DNA of 64,000 nt, from assembly GCA_964572865.1 (NCBI GenBank), contig CAZNGN010000005.1, forward strand, positions 48,104 through 112,103, read 5' to 3'. Position numbers and translations under genes: made by a program. The stretch's first letter is position 1. Every line of letters starts with the position of its first letter. Shown piece by piece: positions 18,779-28,168 of the stretch. Under the pieces are notes generated by a model. The model saw only the letters and a program-made list of their open reading frames with translations, did not search any database and was not told the origin of the DNA. Source of the DNA: an uncultured Bacteriovoracaceae bacterium. GTDB lineage: Bacteria > Bdellovibrionota > UBA1018 > UBA923.

Positions 18779-20228
18779 CTGCCTTTTGAACCGTTTCTGT
18801 TGGGAGTGCTGTTGATATATTTTTAATCTCTTGTGGTGCAATTTCTGCGGCCCTAAACACTTGATAGCTTTTAATATAATTTAACGCTTCTCTAACTTGG
18901 TAATCTTCTTTAGCCACGTAAGGTTTATTTGCTTCATCTTTTTTGGAATCAGATTTATCAGAAGCATCTGATTTGATTGAAGCCAATTCTTCTGCTTGAT
19001 ACTCTGAAGAATCTTCTCCTTCATAATTCATATGTCTTTTTAAATCTTTTTCTCGAATTGAATCTGATTTTTTAGTAGCAGCTTGCAATGCTTTATAATC
19101 AATCTCATCTAATACTACATCCGGTTGAATTCCTTTTAGTTGAATGGATCTTCCACTGGGAGTGTAATAGCGCGCAATCGTTAATTTCAAACCAACTTCG
19201 GGCAATAACTCAACTACGGTTTGAACTGAGCCTTTTCCAAAAGTTGGCTGCCCCATAATCACTGCTCTTTTATGATCTTGTAAAGCACCGGCAACGATTT
19301 CAGAAGCTGAAGCAGAATTACCGTTAACTAAAACTGCCACTTGATAATCTTTTCGGGAATACCCTTTTTTAGCATATCGAATTTCTTTACTGTCTTTATT
19401 TCGTCCCATTGTAGAAACAATCACACCGTCATCTATAAACATACTTGCAATGTCTACAGCTTGATCAAGCAACCCCCCTGGATTATTTCTTAAATCAAAC
19501 ACCAAACCTTTTAATTTTCCTTTTTTCATTCCTCGTTCATATTTATCAATCGCATTTTTTAAATCAGTAAAAGAATATTCGTTAAAATTAGTAAGACGTA
19601 AATACAAGTATCCATTATCTAATTCTTCAGATTTTACAGTAGCTATCTTAATATTTTCTCTAGTTAATGAAATATCTTTTGGAGAACTAAATTCTTTTCG
19701 AAAAATCGTAACAATTACTGACGATCCTTTCTTTCCTCTCATTTTTGAAACTGCTTCAGCTAAGCTTAATCCTTTCGTGCTTTCACCATTAATTTTAATT
19801 AATTTATCACCAGGTTTAATTCCTGCTTTAAATGCGGGAGTATCTTCAATTGGACTCACTACAGTTAGAATTGAATCTTTCATCCCAATCTCAATTCCGA
19901 CACCACCAAATTGTCCTGATGTATCTGCTTTCATGTCTTTAAAAATTTCAGGTGGTAAAAAATTTGAATGTGGGTCTAATGTCTCCATCATGCCTTTGAT
20001 CGCACCATAAATTAATTCCTTGTTTTTAACTTCTTCGACATAATTTTGCTCAATAAAATGTAAAACTTTTTGAAATAGCGCTAAATTTTCATATTTTTCA
20101 TTTGATCGATTGGGATTGGTAGTGATTTCAGGAACCTTCACTTCTTCTTTCTTTTTAGCTGCCAAAATAGGATTTGCTAATAATAGCGACAAAGTAAGTA
20201 CAATTGAAAATAATTTTGGATTAAACAT
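18759..20228 (-). CDS. ctpA: S41 carboxy-terminal processing peptidase
   Basis: 489 aa. Signal peptide, PDZ (GDKLIKINGEST) and S41 core GGLLDQAVD...NGNSASASEIVAGALQD...GKGSVQ. Confidence 0.85.
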   Translation of the reverse strand: MFNPKLFSIVLTLSLLLANPILAAKKKEEVKVPEITTNPNRSNEKYENLALFQKVLHFIEQNYVEEVKNKELIYGAIKGMMETLDPHSNFLPPEIFKDMKADTSGQFGGVGIEIGMKDSILTVVSPIEDTPAFKAGIKPGDKLIKINGESTKGLSLAEAVSKMRGKKGSSVIVTIFRKEFSSPKDISLTRENIKIATVKSEELDNGYLYLRLTNFNEYSFTDLKNAIDKYERGMKKGKLKGLVFDLRNNPGGLLDQAVDIASMFIDDGVIVSTMGRNKDSKEIRYAKKGYSRKDYQVAVLVNGNSASASEIVAGALQDHKRAVIMGQPTFGKGSVQTVVELLPEVGLKLTIARYYTPSGRSIQLKGIQPDVVLDEIDYKALQAATKKSDSIREKDLKRHMNYEGEDSSEYQAEELASIKSDASDKSDSKKDEANKPYVAKEDYQVREALNYIKSYQVFRAAEIAPQEIKNISTALPTETVQKADGKQPD

Positions 20229-20243
20229 TGAAAACCTTCCTTA

Positions 20244-21359
20244 CTATTTATTCAGTTTAGATAATGTCACTTCATTTGCCAACCAATGGGTTGGGTTAAT
20301 TGCTATATTTTTGTTCCGTATTTCAAAATAAAATGGTTCCGTGCTAGATTTGCCTATTACATCACCAATTTTAACATCAGCGCCAGATTGGACATTCACA
20401 ATTCCCATTTGTCCGTAGAGCGTAAAATATTGCCCAGGATGTTCAATGATTACAATAGATCCATAATTTTTAAGTGGACCAGAATACGCAACAATTCCCT
20501 CTGCTACTGATTTGATTTCTTGGTTCTCAGATGATTTAAAAACAAGGCCTTTTTGAAAAGTAAATAAACTTGTTTTTTTGTTATACGACCTGCCAAAACC
20601 AGAAAGTATTTCTGCATGAATGGGAGAAGGAATTTTTCCTTTTAATAAAGCAAATCCAGTACCTTTACTTTTCTTAGTTGCATTCTTACCAATTAAATTT
20701 GTGAGTTCTTTTTCTGCTTCTTTTAATTCTTTTAAATTCTTTAAAGTTTCGAGACGTGACGCCCGGTTGGTTAATAAAATATTTTTTTGTACCTGTTCAT
20801 TTGCGAACATTAATGAACTTTGTTCTTTTAATTCTTGAAGATAAAAATCCATTCTACTTTTTTCTTCAATAATTCTCATTTCTAATGCGGTAGCTTCTTC
20901 TGCGCTTACCTTTAGCTTTTTCATATTTTGAATGTCTCTTTGCGTGATTTCAGATAAAACTTTTTCTCTTGCAATGATCATTTCAATACGGTCTCTCCAA
21001 TTTGCATCAATCGGATCAACTTCAGTAAATTCATTCAACTCTACCAATCGAGAATGTATCTCTTTTTTTTGTAATTGAATTGTGTTCATTAAATTTTGTT
21101 TTTGTTCTGACAATGCATTCAAACTTCGAGTCAATTCTTTGATGCGTATTTCAGAAAAGTGTATTTCTTTTTGTTGCAATGAAATTAATTTTTTAATTTT
21201 ACCTAACTGCTGATTTGCAGAATTATTTCTACTTGTGGACGAGAGCAACTCATTTTCAACTGTATTGATTTCTTTACGAATTAAATTTAATTTTACATCC
21301 GTGTCTTCAGCTAAGACAACTTGTGAACACAAAAATAAAATACATATTAAATAATTCAT
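20244..21359 (-). CDS. envC: Coiled-coil plus degenerate M23 (LytM) domain protein, EnvC-like activator
   Basis: Long coiled-coil N-terminal part and a C-terminal LytM fold without an obvious HxxxD/HxH. ATGA overlap with the ftsX stop. Taking the ATG at 21359 gives a signal peptide MNYLICILFLCSQVVLA. Confidence 0.65.
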   Translation of the reverse strand: MNYLICILFLCSQVVLAEDTDVKLNLIRKEINTVENELLSSTSRNNSANQQLGKIKKLISLQQKEIHFSEIRIKELTRSLNALSEQKQNLMNTIQLQKKEIHSRLVELNEFTEVDPIDANWRDRIEMIIAREKVLSEITQRDIQNMKKLKVSAEEATALEMRIIEEKSRMDFYLQELKEQSSLMFANEQVQKNILLTNRASRLETLKNLKELKEAEKELTNLIGKNATKKSKGTGFALLKGKIPSPIHAEILSGFGRSYNKKTSLFTFQKGLVFKSSENQEIKSVAEGIVAYSGPLKNYGSIVIIEHPGQYFTLYGQMGIVNVQSGADVKIGDVIGKSSTEPFYFEIRNKNIAINPTHWLANEVTLSKLNK

Positions 21360-22231
21360 TTTTTGATTACCGATAATCCAATTGACCAAAGACTAGATAA
21401 AAAACTAATGAGCATTGAAATACAGATTGAAAAAACGATTACCTTTGAAGAAGGAAAAGATGAAAAAGGGTATCCTAATGTAAAAAATAATTTTGATAAC
21501 TGTTCTTCAAATAAATGCCCTGTGAAAGCTATAAACAAACTTGCTAGTATTCCTGCAATGAGACCCTCTAAAATTCCTTCAATTGCAAACGGCAACAACA
21601 TCTGACTCAATCTTGCGCCCAATAATTTCATTGTTTGAATAATTTGAAATCGATGAATTTGATCTAATTTAAAGTGATTTAAATAAATACTAGCGACAGC
21701 AGAAAGTGCGCCGAATAAAAGTAAAATTATATAATTTTTTAGTGTATGAATTGCAGACATTAAGTTTTTAAATCGTTCCGGATTTGTTTCAACAGATTGA
21801 ATGGTTTTTAAATTTTCTAATTGCCTTTTAATCTCATCGACAGCATCAGAGTTTGCTCGAATTTTAATATATCTGGGAATTACTTCAGAGTCTAAACTAC
21901 TTATATCTTTTGATAGTCTTGGAAAAAATTTTGAAAATTGGGACATAAAATTTTCTCTGGTTACAACACTTACTTCTTTAACCCCAGCAATTTTACTCAC
22001 TTCTGTTGCAATGTCTTTGTCTTTTTCTGGCGCTTGATTATTTTCAATAAATGCAATTAATGAATAGGATTCCTTAATTTCTGTTAATGCCTTTGAAAAT
22101 GAAATATACATAACCATTAACATTGCAGAGATAAAAATAGTAAATGCAGCTGATGACAATACAATGAGTCTTGAAAATGGTTTGTTTACAAAAGATTGGA
22201 TTGCAAGTTTACTTGAAACAGTAAGTATCAT
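21356..22231 (-). CDS. ftsX: Cell-division ABC transporter permease-like protein FtsX
   Basis: 291 aa. One TM, a periplasmic loop and 3 TM. Directly downstream of and overlapping ftsE. Confidence 0.75.
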   Translation of the reverse strand: MILTVSSKLAIQSFVNKPFSRLIVLSSAAFTIFISAMLMVMYISFSKALTEIKESYSLIAFIENNQAPEKDKDIATEVSKIAGVKEVSVVTRENFMSQFSKFFPRLSKDISSLDSEVIPRYIKIRANSDAVDEIKRQLENLKTIQSVETNPERFKNLMSAIHTLKNYIILLLFGALSAVASIYLNHFKLDQIHRFQIIQTMKLLGARLSQMLLPFAIEGILEGLIAGILASLFIAFTGHLFEEQLSKLFFTLGYPFSSFPSSKVIVFSICISMLISFLSSLWSIGLSVIKK

Positions 22232-22908
22232 AACAAACTAATTCCTTCTTCCAATGCAATTTTGCCAGATTTCAACACACAAGATCTTCTTCTAATTCTT
22301 CTAACAATCTCTCGATCATGTGTTGCAAACACAACCGTCATTCCTTTAGCATGAAATTTTTGCAATAAATCCATTAATGCCCAAGTTTGTTCTCGTTCTA
22401 ATCCTGCCGTTGGTTCATCAGCCAATAAAATTTCAGGCTTTCTTACGATGGCCCTAGCAATCGCTACCCGCTGTTTTTCTCCTCCAGATAGAACCTTAAC
22501 TTTTTTGGAGGCCATTTTTGACATACCGACCATTAATAAAACTTCGTCAATCGTTTTGCGTATTGCTGCCGATCCTTTGGGTGCATTTTCGTATGCAAGA
22601 TCTAAAGATAACAAAATATTATCAAACACATTTAAGTCATCTATTAATTTAAGATCTTGAAAAATGATTCCCATTTTTCTTCTTAACATTTGCAATTTGG
22701 TGAAATCAATGTGTGCAAGATCTTGCCCCAAAACGGAGACGCTCCCTTTGGTAGGCTTTAATTCCCCAGAAAGTAAACGTATTAAAGTAGTTTTACCTGC
22801 ACCACTTTCACCAACTAGATAAAGAAAATCTCCTTTGGGAATCGTAAGATTCACATTTTCTAATATTGTTTGATTAAAGGTTTTTGAAACAGACTTTAAC
22901 TCTATCAT
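22228..22908 (-). CDS. ftsE: Cell-division ATP-binding protein FtsE
   Basis: 226 aa. Walker A GESGAGKTT, signature LSGGEKQRV and Walker B ILLADEP. Confidence 0.85.
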   Translation of the reverse strand: MIELKSVSKTFNQTILENVNLTIPKGDFLYLVGESGAGKTTLIRLLSGELKPTKGSVSVLGQDLAHIDFTKLQMLRRKMGIIFQDLKLIDDLNVFDNILLSLDLAYENAPKGSAAIRKTIDEVLLMVGMSKMASKKVKVLSGGEKQRVAIARAIVRKPEILLADEPTAGLEREQTWALMDLLQKFHAKGMTVVFATHDREIVRRIRRRSCVLKSGKIALEEGISLL

Positions 22909-22977
22909 GTCATTGATATTCTCTCTGATCTGCGCATAATACGCAATAAAGCCACCAATTGATTTCTAACAAAAACT

Positions 22978-23949
22978 ATGTCTATTCTAAGAACAATGAA
23001 ATCACCACATAAACTAGATTCAATGCAGCGCTCCTTTATCATGCTCGCTGGATATCTAATTTCGATTTGGATTATTAATTTAGTCCTTCTAACTATTGTT
23101 AGCTTTTTCTATATGAGATCAAAAGCATCTATTCCCAGAATTGCAGATTTTATGATGGCTAACAAACTACCTACTTGTAGTGTGGCAGCAATTTTGTTTG
23201 TCATTTTTTTACATTCGCTTCATCCGCTTTCAAAAACTAGAATTTTTACAATCTTTAGATTTGAAAATACATCCAATTTAAACTTTCATTTTCTATTTCA
23301 TGCAATGCAAGGAATTGTATTAGCTTCTGTTTTAATTGCAGGAGGTTTAGTAGCCGGACATTTTTCTTGGCTTGGTTTATTTATGCGATTTGATGAAGTA
23401 GCACTCTCTTTTGCAACCTCACTTATCTTTAGTGTGGGTATTTTTGCGATGATCACTTTTGAAGAGTTTTTGATGAGAAAAACCCTTGAACCTCATTTTC
23501 GTAGGTTTGGCGGAACAATTGCAATCCAAATTGCGTCCTGCTTAATTTATGTTTTTATAAAATATTTTCAATTTGATCTTACTTTCATTGAAGGAATCAA
23601 TTTCATACTTTTAAACTTAGTGTTTTTCGGAATCGCCAGAAACGAACGATCGCATATGTCTTCTGCAATCTTTGCTTCCACTTTTATCATTACATTGCAT
23701 TCGATTTTCAGCCTTCCCTTTTTAGGACAAGATATGCCTGGAATTTTTGTATTAAGAGCCATTGAAGGCGATTCTAACGCAATCGCTCAAAGCTCTCATT
23801 TAGGAACTTTTCTTTCAGGTGGAATCAGAGGCCCTGAAAACAGCTTTATTTTGACTATCCTTTTGGGTGTTTACTTATCTCTTCCTTGGATGCGTACTCA
23901 AATTTCTAAAAAGAGATCACAAACTTTACAAGCTCCATTTAAAATATAA
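22978..23949 (+). CDS. Polytopic membrane protein, possible CPBP (CAAX-type) intramembrane protease
   Basis: 323 aa with about 8 hydrophobic segments. The FEEFLMR motif resembles CPBP motif 1 (EExxxR). The other motifs are weak. Confidence 0.35.
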   Translation: MSILRTMKSPHKLDSMQRSFIMLAGYLISIWIINLVLLTIVSFFYMRSKASIPRIADFMMANKLPTCSVAAILFVIFLHSLHPLSKTRIFTIFRFENTSNLNFHFLFHAMQGIVLASVLIAGGLVAGHFSWLGLFMRFDEVALSFATSLIFSVGIFAMITFEEFLMRKTLEPHFRRFGGTIAIQIASCLIYVFIKYFQFDLTFIEGINFILLNLVFFGIARNERSHMSSAIFASTFIITLHSIFSLPFLGQDMPGIFVLRAIEGDSNAIAQSSHLGTFLSGGIRGPENSFILTILLGVYLSLPWMRTQISKKRSQTLQAPFKI

Positions 23950-23972
23950 ACCCCCTCTGCTAGAATGAGCCA

Positions 23973-24719
23973 ATGATATTCGCTGCTGCAATTACAATGA
24001 ATCCTGGTTCTGCAAGTACATTTGATTTAATTTTACACGCAAGTTTGGTGGGTAAAGCAGTTTTACTCTTACTGCTTGGTGCTTCTCTTTTTTCATGGGC
24101 AATTATTTTCATGAAACGAAAAACACTTAAAGCTGCTGCCACTGAAACTCAAAGTTTTTTAAATATGTTTTGGTATGGTCAAGATTTAGAAGAAATTTTT
24201 CACAAATCAGATCAATTTACTAAATCACCAGTTGCTTCTGTTTTTAAAGCTGGTTTCAAGGAACTTAAAAAAATATCCCAACTTGAAACTTCTTCAAATA
24301 AACAATTTCCAATCTTAACGAGTGGAATTGAAAATATTTCGCGTTCATTACAAAGATCTACAACAGCTGAAATCGCCTTACTTGAAAAATACGTAAGTGT
24401 TTTAGCAACGGTAGGTAGTACTTCACCATTCGTTGGATTATTCGGAACTGTTTGGGGAATTATGGACTCATTTCAAGGAATTGGTGCAACCGGAAATGCA
24501 AATTTAGCAGTGGTAGCTCCTGGAATTTCAGAAGCATTGATTGCTACTGCGTTTGGATTAGCAGCTGCGATTCCTGCCGTAATCGGTTACAATATTTTTG
24601 TCGGAAAAATCAAAGCACTTACATCTGAGATGGATACGTTTAGCCAAGATTTTTTAAATATCATCCAGAGATCACTCTTAAAAACTCATCAACCTACTCC
24701 TCCGAATCAAATGGTGTAA
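23973..24719 (+). CDS. tolQ: Tol-Pal system protein TolQ (MotA/TolQ/ExbB family)
   Basis: 248 aa. Conserved GLFGTVWGIM...ALIATAFGL segment. Followed by tolR, tolA-like and tolB. Confidence 0.8.
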   Translation: MIFAAAITMNPGSASTFDLILHASLVGKAVLLLLLGASLFSWAIIFMKRKTLKAAATETQSFLNMFWYGQDLEEIFHKSDQFTKSPVASVFKAGFKELKKISQLETSSNKQFPILTSGIENISRSLQRSTTAEIALLEKYVSVLATVGSTSPFVGLFGTVWGIMDSFQGIGATGNANLAVVAPGISEALIATAFGLAAAIPAVIGYNIFVGKIKALTSEMDTFSQDFLNIIQRSLLKTHQPTPPNQMV

Positions 24720-24720
24720 C

Positions 24721-25170
24721 ATGGCAATGAGCACAGGTGGATCTTCAGGCGGATCACAATACAACCGAAGATCAACGCAAACTACATTGTCTGAAATCAA
24801 CGTAACACCACTCGTAGACGTAATGTTAGTGCTACTCATTATTTTCATGGTCTCTGCTCCACTCATGCAACAAGGCGTGCAAGTAGATTTACCGAAAGCA
24901 TCTGGACAAGCGCTGGATGAACAAAAAGAGCCAACGGTACTTGTAGTAACAAAAGATAAAAAAATAATGATTAACAAAAATGAAATTCCATTTTCAAATT
25001 TAAAAACAAAACTAGCTGCCATTTATGAAACCAAAACTGCAAAAGAAATCTTTATTCAAGCAGATCAAAATGTGAGCTACGGTTTTGTTGCAAAAGTAAT
25101 GGCAGAAGTAAAACGATCCGGAATCACAAAAGTAGGACTTGTAACAGACCCCAGTGGAATTCGTGACTAA
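24721..25170 (+). CDS. tolR: Tol-Pal system protein TolR (ExbD family)
   Basis: 149 aa. INVTPLVDVMLVLLIIFM TM segment carrying the conserved Asp. Confidence 0.8.
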   Translation: MAMSTGGSSGGSQYNRRSTQTTLSEINVTPLVDVMLVLLIIFMVSAPLMQQGVQVDLPKASGQALDEQKEPTVLVVTKDKKIMINKNEIPFSNLKTKLAAIYETKTAKEIFIQADQNVSYGFVAKVMAEVKRSGITKVGLVTDPSGIRD

Positions 25171-25175
25171 ACACT

Positions 25176-25955
25176 ATGGCTGAAAACAAACTTCAACACC
25201 CAGTAGAACAAATTCACTGGCAAAAAAAACAGCTTCAAAAAAGCTTAAAGTTTTCAATCATAATGCATTTAGCAATTTTCTCATCTGTTTTTGTAGTAAA
25301 AATCATTTCTCCGTCAAAACCAATCATGTTGAACACAGCTGTAAAAGTTGATTTGGTTGGATTACCAGATGTAACTAAAAAAGATTTAGCTGAAAGCACA
25401 CCCGATCCCGTCTCGCAATCTAAAGAGGCTGACGAAGATAAGTCCTTAAGCAAAGCTCTTGAAAAAATGAAAAAATTTAATCCCAAAAAATCTACCGACG
25501 AGATGGGAATCAAAAAGAAAGAAGATGAATCTCGTAAAAAATCCATGAAAAATGCTCTTGATCGCATTAAATCAATACAAGACATGGAAGAATCAGAAAA
25601 CAAACAAAAATCGAACAAAAAACAAGTTCAGGCTAAGGGAAATATATTATCTCAAGGTAGTTCACTGACTGGAACACAAGGCGATGTATTTAATGAATAC
25701 GCCGATCGAATGAGAACCAGACTCTCAAACAATTGGGACTTACCTGTTTGGCTATCTAAAATGAAATTATCAGCACAGGTCGTAATTTACCTAGATAAAA
25801 TGGGCAATGTTTTAAGTGCAGTCATAACAAAATCATCAAACAATAAGCAATTCGATGAATATGTAATGAAAACAATAAAAGTATCGCAACCGTTTGGACC
25901 ACCCCCGTCAGAAATTTTAAACGCAGGTGGCGTGATACTTGGATTCCCTCTTTGA
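25176..25955 (+). CDS. tolA: TolA-like protein (N-terminal anchor, Lys/Glu-rich linker, TonB/TolA-type C-terminal domain)
   Basis: 259 aa. Called from its position between tolR and tolB, a single TM, a charged linker (KKSTDEMGIKKKEDESRKK) and a compact C-terminal domain. Confidence 0.6.
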   Translation: MAENKLQHPVEQIHWQKKQLQKSLKFSIIMHLAIFSSVFVVKIISPSKPIMLNTAVKVDLVGLPDVTKKDLAESTPDPVSQSKEADEDKSLSKALEKMKKFNPKKSTDEMGIKKKEDESRKKSMKNALDRIKSIQDMEESENKQKSNKKQVQAKGNILSQGSSLTGTQGDVFNEYADRMRTRLSNNWDLPVWLSKMKLSAQVVIYLDKMGNVLSAVITKSSNNKQFDEYVMKTIKVSQPFGPPPSEILNAGGVILGFPL

Positions 25956-25974
25956 TTGAGTTAAAATTATAAAA

Positions 25975-27324
25975 ATGAAAACCAAATTTTTGTTGTTAAT
26001 TTCTGGAGTTTTTCTTTTATCTAACATCGCATTCACACAAGACAAAATTTACATTAAAGTCGGTGAAGCTAAAATTAAAAAAAGCGTAGTTGCGATCGCT
26101 GACTTCAAAAACCTAACTCCTGGTTTTGAGGCCGGCGAAGGAAAAGCATTTTCTCGAAATGTAAAAGAAATCATCAACTCTGACTTAAACTTTACAAATT
26201 TATTTACATTACAATCTACTGCCGCATTTATTGAAAAATCATCTGATGCAGGATTAACGTTAGAAACATTTAAACTTTCGGATTGGAGTTCTATTGGAAC
26301 TGAATTTTTAGTTAAATCTGGTTTATCATTAAATGCTGATAGTTTGGCTTTTGAAGTTCGTGTATATAACGTAGCTCTTGCAAAACAAGTTTTAGGAAAA
26401 CGCTACATTGCAAAAATGAGCGAACCAAAAATTTTAGCTCACACAGTTGCCAACGACATTGTTGAAGCACTTACCGGAAAACCTGGAATCTTTTTCACTA
26501 AAATCGCAATGGTTTGTGAAAAATCTGGCCAAAAAGAAATATGGGTTACAGAATTTGATGGATCAAATCCAAAACAGCTTACCAATCACAAAACATTAGC
26601 ATTTGCTCCAGCATGGAATAAAGACAACCGTAAAATTGCTTATTCTGTTTACATGCGAAATGCTAAAAATATTAAAAATATCGATTTGTATGAATTAGAC
26701 CTCTCATCACGTAAATCACGACTACTTTCAAACCGAAAAGGAATCAATTCAGGTGCTGTTTACTCTCCTGTAGATAATACACTTGCTCTCACAATGAGCT
26801 TTTTAGGAAACCCAGAAATTTTTAGCTTAAATTCAGAATCACTTGAAGTCACAAGACTTACCAAATCATTGGGCTTTGATGTTGACCCTTCCTTTTCTCC
26901 CGATGGAAAAAAATTAGCTTATGTTTCATCACGTTCCGGACAACCTCATGTATATTTACAAGATTTATCGTCAGGCAATTCCAACCGTTTAACATTTGCT
27001 GGAAAATACAACGCAACTCCTGATTGGGCTCCCTCTGGAGAAAAGATTGTGTTTGCTGGATATTTAGAATCTCATTTTGATTTATTTTTAATGAATCCAG
27101 ATGGAACTGCACTTGAACGCTTAACTAAAAATGAGGGCAATAACGAAGACCCTCGTTTTTCGCCAGATTCAAATTTTATCACATTTAGTTCAAACCGATC
27201 TGGTCAGAAAAATGTCTATATAATAAGTGTAGATGGCTTATATACTAAACGAATTTCGTTTGGTTTAGGCAATTGTACAGCTCCTCGTTGGTCTAACGCT
27301 TCAAAAACACCTATTGGTTTATAA
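25975..27324 (+). CDS. tolB: Tol-Pal system beta-propeller protein TolB
   Basis: 449 aa. Signal peptide plus repeated P.WSPDG.KIAF-type blades (PSFSPDGKKLAYVS, PDWAPSGEKIVFAG, PRFSPDSNFITFSS). Confidence 0.85.
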   Translation: MKTKFLLLISGVFLLSNIAFTQDKIYIKVGEAKIKKSVVAIADFKNLTPGFEAGEGKAFSRNVKEIINSDLNFTNLFTLQSTAAFIEKSSDAGLTLETFKLSDWSSIGTEFLVKSGLSLNADSLAFEVRVYNVALAKQVLGKRYIAKMSEPKILAHTVANDIVEALTGKPGIFFTKIAMVCEKSGQKEIWVTEFDGSNPKQLTNHKTLAFAPAWNKDNRKIAYSVYMRNAKNIKNIDLYELDLSSRKSRLLSNRKGINSGAVYSPVDNTLALTMSFLGNPEIFSLNSESLEVTRLTKSLGFDVDPSFSPDGKKLAYVSSRSGQPHVYLQDLSSGNSNRLTFAGKYNATPDWAPSGEKIVFAGYLESHFDLFLMNPDGTALERLTKNEGNNEDPRFSPDSNFITFSSNRSGQKNVYIISVDGLYTKRISFGLGNCTAPRWSNASKTPIGL

Positions 27325-27379
27325 TAAATATTTTTGACCCCCCCTTGCTCAATCTCTGAGTTTTGGTAATGATTACACC

Positions 27380-28168
27380 ATGGGATTTAAGGGATTGTTC
27401 ACTACTTCATTTTTATTATTTAATTTATTAACTCATTCTATATTTGCTAGCGACTCTTCAGTTCTAAATGACGAAATGGTTGATACAACAGCAGAGCTGA
27501 TGAATAGAAATGAACTGAATACAATAAATCCTGATGAACAATCAATTGGATTTTACGCAGACGGCTCACTTGTGAATGCAGCTTCACTCAATGATCAAGG
27601 TTTGGGCTTCATTAAAATGTTTCAAAAAAGAAACCGTAACTATGGTGCAACAGATTTAGTTGAGTTGCTATCAATCGCTGCACGAACATTTGCAGAAGCA
27701 TATCCTTACGGCGAGCGTTTACAAATCGGTGATATGTCTCAACAAAATGGTGGCAAAATTGGTCATCATGACAGCCACCAAAATGGCCTAGATGTAGATT
27801 TAATTTATTTTAGAAAAAACAAAACAGAACAAAGCCCTGATTTTGAAGCTGGCTTTGAAGAAAGTTTTGTAATTAAGAAAAAACTATCACCTAACTTTGA
27901 TGTGAATCGAAATTTTAGATTTATAAAACTCTTAGTATCTAGCGGTAGAATCAATCGTATATTTATAGACCCAGTAATTAAGAAAACATTTTGTAATTAT
28001 ACTAAACGTACAAATGAATTTAAAGAAAGCATCGAAGTATTGCGTGTACTAAGACCTTATCCTAATCATGATGATCACATGCATGTTCGTTTGGTTTGCC
28101 CTGAAAAAAGCACTCGTTGTATTGCGCAACCTGCACCTCCTAAAGGTTCAGGCTGTAATCAAATTTAA
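27380..28168 (+). CDS. mepA: Penicillin-insensitive murein endopeptidase (peptidase M74)
   Basis: 262 aa. Signal peptide, GGKIGHHDSHQNGLDVDL and HDDHMHVRL zinc-ligand motifs as in MepA. Confidence 0.8.
   Translation: MGFKGLFTTSFLLFNLLTHSIFASDSSVLNDEMVDTTAELMNRNELNTINPDEQSIGFYADGSLVNAASLNDQGLGFIKMFQKRNRNYGATDLVELLSIAARTFAEAYPYGERLQIGDMSQQNGGKIGHHDSHQNGLDVDLIYFRKNKTEQSPDFEAGFEESFVIKKKLSPNFDVNRNFRFIKLLVSSGRINRIFIDPVIKKTFCNYTKRTNEFKESIEVLRVLRPYPNHDDHMHVRLVCPEKSTRCIAQPAPPKGSGCNQI

Noticed and set aside
22942-22957. Minus-strand TGGTGG-CTTTA-TTGCG with correct sigma-54 spacing, 34 nt upstream of ftsE.
   Set aside because: The -24 element lacks the conserved GGC(A) and the -12 element ends in G. 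A housekeeping division operon is an unlikely sigma-54 target. I keep it only as a weak possibility.
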